64,000 nt of DNA, from the NCBI GenBank assembly GCA_964643685.1, contig CAZXTN010000003.1:10462-74461 (forward strand). Direction: 5' to 3'. Shown here one piece after another: positions 56,071 through 64,000 of the stretch. The position numbers and the translations under genes were made by a program. This stretch comes from Candidatus Micrarchaeota archaeon (GTDB lineage Archaea; B1Sed10-29; JAJRYS01). The notes under the pieces are model-generated. The model was not told the DNA's origin, did no database searches, and was given only the letters and a program-made list of their open reading frames with translations. The first letter of the stretch is position 1; the number at the start of each line of letters is the position of its first letter.

Positions 56071-58854
56071 ATGTATGACTTTAAAAAAGTAGAAGAGGAA
56101 ATGCTGAAGCACTGGGAGGAAAACAAAATCTTCCAAAAGTTAATGGAACAAAACAAGGGAAAAGAAAAATACAGGTTCATAGACGGGCCAATCACTGCAA
56201 ACAATCCAATGGGAGTTCACCACGCTTACTCAAGGACATTAAAAGACGCTTATCAAAGGCTAAAAGCAATGCAAGGATACAATCAAAGATTTCAAAACGG
56301 ATTCGACTGCCACGGCTTGCCAGTGGAAGTGGTGGTAGAAAAAGATTTAGGCATAAGCACAAAAAAAGAATTAGAACAATATGGCATTGAAAAATTCATT
56401 GAGAAATGCAAGCAAAGAGTAGCAAAAATGAGCGAAATACAAAAACAGCAATCAATACGCTTAGGGCAATGGATGGACTGGGACAACAGTTATTACACAA
56501 TGAGTGATGAGAACATTGAAACAATATGGGCTTTCCTTAAAAAAACACATGAAAAAAACATGCTTTACAAGGGGCACAAGGTAGTTCCGTGGTGCTGGAG
56601 ATGCGGAACATCCCTTTCACAACACGAGTTAGCAGACGGCTACAAAGAACTGACACACGACACTGTTTACCTGCAATTCAAAATCAAAGGAAGAGACAAT
56701 GAATACTTGTTAGTTTGGACTACAACGCCATGGACTCTTTCTTCAAACGTAGCCTGCGCAGTCGGCTTAGATATTGTTTACTTGAAAGCAAAAAAAGACG
56801 GCAAAATTTACTATGTTTCTAAAAAAGTAGCTGAAGAAGTTTTAGGAAGTGATTATGAAGAACTTGGAGAAGTAAGCGGAGCGCAGTTGATTGGCTTGGA
56901 ATACGAGGGGCCATACGACAACTTGCCTGCTCAAAAAGGAGTTGTTCACAAAGTAGTTGACTGGGAAGAAGTAGGAGAAGAAGATGGAACAGGAATAGTT
57001 CACATTGCGCCAGGCTGCGGAGCAGAGGACTTCGAACTAGGAAAAGAAAGAAACCTACCAGCAATAGCCCCAATAGATGAAAACGGCGAATATGTAGAGG
57101 GCTTCGGGTGGCTGACAGGAAAACACGTCAAAGAAGTCAAGCCATTAATCATCAAAGACCTGGAAGAAAGAGGAATCTTGTTCAAAGTTGGAAAAATCAC
57201 GCACAGGTACCCAACTTGCTGGAGATGCAAAGAAGAACTCGTGTTCAGAAAAACAGATTCATGGTTCATAAAAGCAGATGAAGTAAGGGACAAAATGAAA
57301 GAATTAAACGAAAAAATTTACTGGTACCCTGACTTCGGCGGAAAAATAATGAACAACTGGCTAGACAACTTGAAGGACTGGAATTTTTCAAGAAAAAGAT
57401 ACTGGGGAGCGCCTCTTCCATTCTGGGTATGTGAAAAATGCGGACACCTCCACGTAATAGGCTCGAGAAAAGAACTAGAAGAAAAAGCAATTAAGGGAAT
57501 TGAGCAATTGAATGATCTTCACCGCCCTAACATTGACAAGGTTGTAATTAAATGCGAAGAATGTGGAGCAGATGCAAAAAGAGTTGAGGAAGTCGCAGAT
57601 GCCTGGCTTGACTCAGGAGTCGTGCCATACTCCACTTTGCATTACTTAAAAGACAAGAACTACTGGGAAGAATGGTTCCCAAGCGAATTCATTTCAGAAA
57701 TGAGAGAACAGATACGCCTATGGTTCTATTCAATGCTGTTCATAAGCACGGTAATGGAAGAAAAAACTCCATTCGAGAAAGCGCTTATTTTTGAAAAAGT
57801 ATACGATGAAAAAGGAAGAGAAATGCACAAGTCAGGTAAAAACGTCATATGGTTCGATGAAGGCATTGAAAAAATAGGAGCAGATGTAATGAGATGGATG
57901 TACGTCAAGACAAACCCGACTCAAAACGTGCTATTCGGATACACCATAGGAAGAGAAGTGAACAACAAACTAAGTTACTTAGTAAACATAGGAAACTACT
58001 TGGAAAAATTCCTTGAAGAAAAACCAGAGGAAGTGAAAGCAGTTAAGCCAGAAGACAAGTGGCTGTTGTCAAGGCTTGAGAAGACAAAAAAAGAAGCCAC
58101 GCAACACCTTGAAAAACTTGAAATACATTTGGCAACTAGAAAAATAGAAGACTTCCTTGAAAACACCCTGTCAAAAGAATACATCAAATACACAAGAAAC
58201 AGGATGAAAACAGAGAAAAAAGAAGTAACAGGTTTGATTTACAAAGCACTCTTAGATACAGCTAAAATGATGGCTCCATTCACGCCATTCATAACAGACT
58301 ACATTTACCAAAAGCACTTCAAGAAATACGAAGAAAAAGAAAGCATTCATTTGATGCAATGGCCTTCATACAACGAGCATTTAATTGATGAAAATCTTGA
58401 AGAAGAAATGAATGAAGTCAAAAAAACAATAGAAGAAGGACTAGCTAAAAGAAACGAGCTAAAAATTAATTTAAGGCAGCCTCTTCAAAAAATGACAATA
58501 ACAGCAAAAAAACTAGACAAGTGGTTTGACTTAATAAAAGAACAAGTAAACGTAAAAGAAATAGAAGAAGGAGAAGAGATAGGATTAGACACGAATATTA
58601 CCCCTGAACTTGCAAAAGAGGGACTAACAAGAGAGATAACCAGAAGAATACAACAAATGAGAAAAGAATTGAAACTAATAGAATCAGATGAAATACTATT
58701 AAATATCAACCCAAAGCCAGACATCAACTACGAAGAACTTCAAAAAACAACAAACGCAGAAAAAGCAGGAGAATTAAGCGAAGCTGACTTGACTAAAAAA
58801 TTCAAAGTAAAAGAAACTGAATATGAAATTAAGCTGAAAAAAAAGAAAAATTAA
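56071..58854 (+). CDS. ileS: Isoleucyl-tRNA synthetase
   Basis: QNGFDCHGLPVEVVVEKDLG, WCWRCGTSL and the C-terminal Zn-binding CxxC pairs fit IleRS; 927 aa. Confidence 0.65.
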   Translation: MYDFKKVEEEMLKHWEENKIFQKLMEQNKGKEKYRFIDGPITANNPMGVHHAYSRTLKDAYQRLKAMQGYNQRFQNGFDCHGLPVEVVVEKDLGISTKKELEQYGIEKFIEKCKQRVAKMSEIQKQQSIRLGQWMDWDNSYYTMSDENIETIWAFLKKTHEKNMLYKGHKVVPWCWRCGTSLSQHELADGYKELTHDTVYLQFKIKGRDNEYLLVWTTTPWTLSSNVACAVGLDIVYLKAKKDGKIYYVSKKVAEEVLGSDYEELGEVSGAQLIGLEYEGPYDNLPAQKGVVHKVVDWEEVGEEDGTGIVHIAPGCGAEDFELGKERNLPAIAPIDENGEYVEGFGWLTGKHVKEVKPLIIKDLEERGILFKVGKITHRYPTCWRCKEELVFRKTDSWFIKADEVRDKMKELNEKIYWYPDFGGKIMNNWLDNLKDWNFSRKRYWGAPLPFWVCEKCGHLHVIGSRKELEEKAIKGIEQLNDLHRPNIDKVVIKCEECGADAKRVEEVADAWLDSGVVPYSTLHYLKDKNYWEEWFPSEFISEMREQIRLWFYSMLFISTVMEEKTPFEKALIFEKVYDEKGREMHKSGKNVIWFDEGIEKIGADVMRWMYVKTNPTQNVLFGYTIGREVNNKLSYLVNIGNYLEKFLEEKPEEVKAVKPEDKWLLSRLEKTKKEATQHLEKLEIHLATRKIEDFLENTLSKEYIKYTRNRMKTEKKEVTGLIYKALLDTAKMMAPFTPFITDYIYQKHFKKYEEKESIHLMQWPSYNEHLIDENLEEEMNEVKKTIEEGLAKRNELKINLRQPLQKMTITAKKLDKWFDLIKEQVNVKEIEEGEEIGLDTNITPELAKEGLTREITRRIQQMRKELKLIESDEILLNINPKPDINYEELQKTTNAEKAGELSEADLTKKFKVKETEYEIKLKKKKN

Positions 58855-59000
58855 TTAAAACATACTCAGACAAAAAAGTATTTATAAAAAGACAATTACA
58901 ATAATAAGCACCTGTTTTTAACTAAACAATAATAAAGGATAAAACAAGTGAGATATAGAATTTTTGTTTCAAATTTTTCAGAAAACGGAGGGATGGAGAA

Positions 59001-60647
59001 ATGACTCAATTATCAGGACAACCTGTAATAGTGCTTCCAGAAGGAAGCAACAGAATACTCGGAAGAGACGCTCAAAAGACAAACATCATGGTGGCAAAAG
59101 CAGTTGCAAACGCAATACGCTCAACACTAGGGCCAAAAGGAATGGACAAAATGCTCGTAGACGACTTAGGCGACATTACAATAACAAACGACGGAGCGAC
59201 AATACTAAGTGAAATGAACATAGAGCACCCAGCTGGAAAAATGCTGGTGGAAGTAGCTAAAACGCAAGACAATGAAACAGGAGATGGAACAACAACAGCA
59301 GTAGTCCTATCAGGAGAACTGTTGAAAAAAGCAGACGGGTTGCTTGACCAGGAAATCCACCCTTCAGTAATAATCAAAGGATATAAAGTAGCAGAAGAAA
59401 AAGCAATTGAATTGCTTGAACAAAGCTCTGAAAAAATAACAGTAGACGACGCTGAAAAGCTAATCAAAGTATGCAACACCACAATGAGTTCAAAAGGCTC
59501 AGTTGGAAAATCAAAAGGCAAGCTTTCAAAAATGATAGTTGAAGCAGTCAAGCAAGTAGCTGAACAAACAGAAGAAGGAACATACATTAACAAAGACTAC
59601 ATAAAAGTCGAGAAAAAAGAAGGAGGAGACGTCGACGAATCAGAGCTCATAAAAGGAGTTGTAATAGACAAGGAAAGAGTCCACGCTTCAATGCCAAGGC
59701 AAGTGGACAACGCAAAAATAGCATTAATTGACTCTGCAATTGAAATAAAAGAAACAGAAACAAACGCTGAAATCAGAATAACATCACCAGACCAACTGCA
59801 AGCATTCATTGAACAAGAAGAACAAATGCTCAAGGAAATGGTTGAAAGAATCAAGAACTCAGGAGCAAACGTCGTATTCTGCCAGAAAGGAATCGACGAC
59901 ATGGCACAACACTACTTGTCAAAAGAAGGAATCTTCGCAGTAAGAAGAGTCAAAAAAAGCGACATGGAAAAACTATCCAGGGCAACGGGAGGCAAGATAG
60001 TATCCAACTTAAAAGAGTTAACAGAAAAAGACCTCGGATACGCTGACAAAGTCACTGAAAAGAAAGTAAGCGGAGAAGCGATGACCTTCGTAGAAGGATG
60101 CAAAGAACCAAAAGCAGTGACAATGCTCATAAGAGGAGGAACAGAACACGTCGTCAACGAAGCAGAAAGAGCAGTTGAAGACGGCATAGGAGCAGTAACC
60201 TCAGCAATTGAAATGGGCAAAGTAGTGACAGGAGGAGGAGCAATAGAAACAGAAATAGCAGTCAAGTTAAGAGACTACGCTCCAACAATCGGCGGAAGAG
60301 AACAACTTGCAATAGAAGCATTCGCAGACGCGCTTGAAATCATTCCAAGAACACTAGCAGAATCAGCTGGGATGGACCCAATAGACACACTAGTAAAACT
60401 AAGAACAGAGCATAAAAACGGAAACAAAAACGCAGGAGTGCATGTTTACAAGGCACAAATAGAAAACATGGAAAACGAAGACGTCATAGAACCAACAAAA
60501 GTCAAAAGACAAGCACTCGCAAGCGCAGCAGAAGCAGCTGAAATGATTTTAAAAATAGATGACATCATAGCAGCTGGCAAGCCAAAAGCACCTGAAATGC
60601 CTCCAGGAGGAGGCATGGGCGGCGGTGGAATGCCTCCTATGATGTAA
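59001..60647 (+). CDS. ths: Thermosome subunit (group II chaperonin)
   Basis: [40 protein letters not shown] and the C-terminal [12 protein letters not shown] tail. Confidence 0.95.
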   Translation: MTQLSGQPVIVLPEGSNRILGRDAQKTNIMVAKAVANAIRSTLGPKGMDKMLVDDLGDITITNDGATILSEMNIEHPAGKMLVEVAKTQDNETGDGTTTAVVLSGELLKKADGLLDQEIHPSVIIKGYKVAEEKAIELLEQSSEKITVDDAEKLIKVCNTTMSSKGSVGKSKGKLSKMIVEAVKQVAEQTEEGTYINKDYIKVEKKEGGDVDESELIKGVVIDKERVHASMPRQVDNAKIALIDSAIEIKETETNAEIRITSPDQLQAFIEQEEQMLKEMVERIKNSGANVVFCQKGIDDMAQHYLSKEGIFAVRRVKKSDMEKLSRATGGKIVSNLKELTEKDLGYADKVTEKKVSGEAMTFVEGCKEPKAVTMLIRGGTEHVVNEAERAVEDGIGAVTSAIEMGKVVTGGGAIETEIAVKLRDYAPTIGGREQLAIEAFADALEIIPRTLAESAGMDPIDTLVKLRTEHKNGNKNAGVHVYKAQIENMENEDVIEPTKVKRQALASAAEAAEMILKIDDIIAAGKPKAPEMPPGGGMGGGGMPPMM

Positions 60648-60795
60648 GCGCAAACTTTTGAAAAGTTTGCATCAAACAAGGCACCTGCACTTCGTTTGGT
60701 GCCTTAGTTCAAAAACCAAAGGTTTTTGAAAATGTTTGCCTCTAACGAGGCAAAAAAAGTAAATTGCAATTCAGTTGCTCAAACATTTTCTTTTT

Positions 60796-63609
60796 TTATT
60801 TTTTCTCTTGTTCATCACGTTTTTTCAGCTTGCGTTTAACTTCATCAATAAGCATTTTATTAATTCTCTCTTCTAATTCTGCTGAACCTCCTTTAATTCC
60901 AGCTTTTTTCAATTTTTCTTCAAATTCAGGATCAGATTCAGCAAGCAAAGTATTCCCATAAAAGAAAGAGTTGCTGTTTTTTTCAACAGGCTCATTTGCT
61001 TTTCCTTCAGGTTCTTTTTTTGCTTTTTTTGTTTTATTAGCAATCGCTTTTGCAACTTGCTCAACTTGACTTATTGTCAAGTCTTCAAATCCCTTGACAT
61101 TGCTTTTCTGTTCTTTTTCAGAAATAGTTTCAGTTGCTTTCATCGTTTTTTTAACATTTTTATTCTTCTTTTCTTCTTCTAAATCTCCTTCATTAAACTC
61201 ATTAGAATCAATAGGTATTGAATTAATCAAACTATCCAGCCTGTCATCAATGCGACGTTCTTCACCCTCCTCTTCAATTGAATCTTCTAAAATTTCATCA
61301 ATTAAATCATCAAGCTCGTCTTTTTCAATTGAATCTTCTAAAAATTCATCAATCCAAGCATCAGAATCCTCCTCTTTCTCTCCTTCTTCAGCTCCTTCAC
61401 TTACTCCTTTATCATATTCATCAATTTCATCTTCTAATTTTTCATCCCAATCAAAACCCCTATCTTCTTCCTTGTGCTCAGTTTCTTCACTTTCTCCAAA
61501 AATTTCATGATTCAGATTTTCAATATCCTCAAGACTATAATCTTCAGCTTCCACCTCTTTTTCTTCTTTGACACCAACTGCCTCCTTCTTTGGTTCTTCA
61601 CTTTCTGTCTTTTTTTTCTCTTCTCCTTTTTCAGCTTCTTCATTTATTATATCCTCATAATTACCAAACTCTTCTTCTTGTTCAACTTCTTCCTTTTCTT
61701 CTTTTAAAATTATCCCTTTTCTTGCTGCTACATCATCAAAAACAGAATTCACAGCTTGGGACAATTCCCTTGCTTCTTCTTCTGTCAACAAAGGCGCTTT
61801 CTCTTTTAGATAACTTTTCATACTCTCCTTAGATATTGTACCATCTGCTACTTCCCTAATAAAAGCTAAAGGAAGAAAACACCTATAAATAGTCTCATCC
61901 ATCTCCTTTTGAGAAATTTTCCCATTTAAACGCTTTGAAATTTTTATAAGATGAGGAACTACTTTACTAATCTCTGCAGATGAAAAAACAACACCTGACA
62001 TTCCCTCACTAAACTGTAAAACACCCTTAATTATCTCTTTATAAGCTTCTTTGCCAATTTTATCTGAAGCAGAAGAAATCTTATCAAAAATCTTAACAAA
62101 ACCTCTTATTTCATCAGCATCTTTTTCCCTCAAAACCTTCTGCATTTTCCAAAAAACATAGTCAACATCCTTTAATTCAAAACCCATGCTAGTTAGTTTG
62201 CTAACTGGCTTAAGAACACTCATAACCTCTTTTTTTGACAAATTCTTCTCACTTAAATCAATTGAAAAACCAGAAACCTGCTTAATAAAAGATTCAGTTT
62301 CCTCAGCAGAAGCGCCTGACTTAACCAAAGACTTATCCAACTTCTGTAAAAACTTCAAATAATCCCTCTGCAACAAAAAAGAACCTTCTTCACCAGCACT
62401 CACCTCAGGAACTTTGCTTAACACCCTCTCCTTAACTTCCTGCAACTTTCTTGAAACCCTTTTACCAAGCTTAGGTTTTTCTTCAATTTCTTCAGTTCGT
62501 TTCTTAAAAATTGAAAACCTCTTTTCATTTTGTTGTTGCCTTCCTCCCCCTTCCTGCTCTATCAAATCTTCTGCTACAGGTAATAAACCCTGCTCTTCTT
62601 CTTCATTTAATAACCTTTCTTCTTGTTCAATCTCTTCATTAACTTCATTTTCAACTTCTCTTGCTTCAAGCTCATTCATCTGTTCATCTAACCAAGCATT
62701 ACCTAACTTCTCTTCCTCTTTTCCCTCCTCTGCTCTTTCTTCTTGAATCCTTACCTTCTCTTCTCTTGCTTCGCGATCAAGCCACCTGCGCTTCTCAGGC
62801 ACTTCCCTAACAGGCTCTGCTTGTTCCTGTTCAAACTGCTCCCTTTCTCTTCTCTCTTGCTCTTCCCTTACCTGCTCTGCTTTTCTTTCAGCAACTTTTT
62901 CTCCCGTTAAACGAGCCAGCCTCTCCCTAAGCTCCCTTAACTTCTTTTCTTTACCAAAAACAAAACCCCTATTCTCTAATCTTTTTATCTCCTTTTCCAA
63001 AGATTCAATTAAATATCCTTTCCTTATATCTTCTCTTGATTTTTCTAATTCTCTTTCATCAGCTTTCCTGCCTAACTGCCTTGCTCTCTCTGCATCACTT
63101 ACTTGACTTATTCCTACTCGTGGAGCTTCTATCCTTCCAATTTCAGGACCTTCCCTCCTTCTCTTGGAAACTCTTCTTTCTTCCCTTTGAACAGGAACCT
63201 GCTGTTTTTCCCTATACTCTCTTACAAATTCATCAACAGCCTCTTGACTCCCTCCAAATAACTTAAACAATTCATTATAAGCAGCATTAAGAACATCACC
63301 CTTAGTTTCAGTTTCCAACACTCTTATTAAATTCTCTGCTTGTTTCCTTGTTTTCTCATCTAAAACTTGCTTAGCTCTAATTCCCTGTTCACGAGCAGTT
63401 CTTGAACCGCGTTTTATCAAAGGCCTAGCATCCACTCTCCTACCTTCAACTACCCTCGCATTTCTAAGGTTTTCAATAACCTTCTTTTTCATTTCAATGC
63501 TAGCCTGCTGATTAGATTTAGAAACAGTTCCAGAAGTAGAACTAGCACCCCATTTACGAGGATGCTTACCTCCTCTTCCTCTTAATTGCCTTGCAGCTCT
63601 GCTAACCAC
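60796..63609 (-). CDS. Large (937 aa) E/K/R-rich low-complexity orphan protein
   Basis: Continuous ORF; basic N-terminus (MVSRAARQLRGRGGKHPRKWG), long charged stretches, and a central less-biased region (about residues 400-590) with predicted helices. Codon and GC composition differ locally from the neighbours. Confidence 0.5.
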   Translation of the reverse strand: MVSRAARQLRGRGGKHPRKWGASSTSGTVSKSNQQASIEMKKKVIENLRNARVVEGRRVDARPLIKRGSRTAREQGIRAKQVLDEKTRKQAENLIRVLETETKGDVLNAAYNELFKLFGGSQEAVDEFVREYREKQQVPVQREERRVSKRRREGPEIGRIEAPRVGISQVSDAERARQLGRKADERELEKSREDIRKGYLIESLEKEIKRLENRGFVFGKEKKLRELRERLARLTGEKVAERKAEQVREEQERREREQFEQEQAEPVREVPEKRRWLDREAREEKVRIQEERAEEGKEEEKLGNAWLDEQMNELEAREVENEVNEEIEQEERLLNEEEEQGLLPVAEDLIEQEGGGRQQQNEKRFSIFKKRTEEIEEKPKLGKRVSRKLQEVKERVLSKVPEVSAGEEGSFLLQRDYLKFLQKLDKSLVKSGASAEETESFIKQVSGFSIDLSEKNLSKKEVMSVLKPVSKLTSMGFELKDVDYVFWKMQKVLREKDADEIRGFVKIFDKISSASDKIGKEAYKEIIKGVLQFSEGMSGVVFSSAEISKVVPHLIKISKRLNGKISQKEMDETIYRCFLPLAFIREVADGTISKESMKSYLKEKAPLLTEEEARELSQAVNSVFDDVAARKGIILKEEKEEVEQEEEFGNYEDIINEEAEKGEEKKKTESEEPKKEAVGVKEEKEVEAEDYSLEDIENLNHEIFGESEETEHKEEDRGFDWDEKLEDEIDEYDKGVSEGAEEGEKEEDSDAWIDEFLEDSIEKDELDDLIDEILEDSIEEEGEERRIDDRLDSLINSIPIDSNEFNEGDLEEEKKNKNVKKTMKATETISEKEQKSNVKGFEDLTISQVEQVAKAIANKTKKAKKEPEGKANEPVEKNSNSFFYGNTLLAESDPEFEEKLKKAGIKGGSAELEERINKMLIDEVKRKLKKRDEQEKK

Positions 63610-63703
63610 ACAAACACCTTGTAACTACTAATAAGTAGTTATATGTTTTATTGTTTAAATATTTAACTAGACAGTAGAAAGAGAACTAAATTTAAAAAAC
63701 TTC

Positions 63704-64000
63704 TCATCTTCTCTGTTTCAAAAGACGCTTGTTAATTATCTTCAACTGCTTTTCTTTTTCTTTAATATCTTTAACTAATTTTTTTCTTTGCTTTTCAGGA
63801 ACATGATTCAACAGAGAATACATTAAATCAACTTCTTCAATTAACTCGCTTCTCATCTGCTCAAGATCCTCATAAACTTTTTGTTTCAAGCTTCTTTTAG
63901 TTATTTTATGCTGTTCAGATAAATTCCCTTTTATCAAGAATTCATCTAAGGCACTTGATTCTCGTTTTTCAGAAGAAACAGTCTTATCTTCTTTTTTTAT
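63704..64000 (-). CDS. Hypothetical K-rich protein, N-terminus possibly beyond the window end
   Basis: The reading frame stays open from 63704 to the window edge; the first in-frame M is at 63937. Confidence 0.3.
   Translation of the reverse strand: MKKEDKTVSSEKRESSALDEFLIKGNLSEQHKITKRSLKQKVYEDLEQMRSELIEEVDLMYSLLNHVPEKQRKKLVKDIKEKEKQLKIINKRLLKQRR

Noticed and set aside
59072-60265. Several long minus-strand ORFs inside the thermosome gene
   Set aside because: They are antisense to a highly conserved chaperonin, and their low-complexity S/T/A-rich translations are typical shadow ORFs. Similar antisense ORFs inside pyrG (32040..32573), valS and ileS are rejected for the same reason.
61094-61832. 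Plus-strand S/L-rich ORFs opposite the 937-aa E/K-rich gene
   Set aside because: They mirror the low-complexity codon repeats of the minus-strand gene. No independent support.

Overview
The window is AT-rich (roughly one-third GC), densely coding archaeal chromosome. Reduced proteins, many lysine/glutamate-rich orphans and the gene content suggest a DPANN-like lineage, but that is inference.

Core content:
- AMP phosphorylase (partial, runs off the window start) in an operon with DUF1805, an e2b2-family ribose-1,5-bisphosphate isomerase and a CBS-M50 protease, i.e. the archaeal AMP/RuBisCO-III salvage module.
- The archaeal exosome / RNase P / proteasome superoperon on the minus strand: L15e, Rpp30, Pop5, PsmA, SBDS, Rrp4, Rrp41, Rrp42, L37ae, RpoP, Brix, prefoldin beta.
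- TFB, Gar1, Cgi121, aIF5A, an Sm-like (LSm) protein, MBF1, Hsp20, a thermosome subunit, bacterial-type MetK, CTP synthase, ProRS, ValRS-like, IleRS.
- A P-type ATPase, a Kef-type antiporter, PAP2, two M50 proteases, and a cell-surface/glycosylation cluster (PKD protein, DUF2070-like, two GT4).
- A MinD / roadblock-like / DUF4388-like trio, a tandem GNAT pair, and several K/E-rich orphan proteins.
- tRNA-Leu(GAG) and an intron-containing tRNA-Ala(GGC).

The most unusual signal is a family of GC-rich, roughly 95-130 nt structured elements. There are three clear copies, at about 16.3 kb, 33.8 kb (reverse strand) and 55.9 kb. Each sits immediately 3' of a stop codon. Two of the three are flanked by 25-38 bp direct duplications of the host gene's 3' terminus. 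Compensatory base changes in two hairpins argue for a functional RNA, possibly mobile.

Related gene-terminus duplications occur at ValRS (5' end, creating a uORF) and aIF5A (3' end). A 560-bp AT-rich intergenic region with paired G-string+dyad motifs is a weak origin/regulatory candidate.
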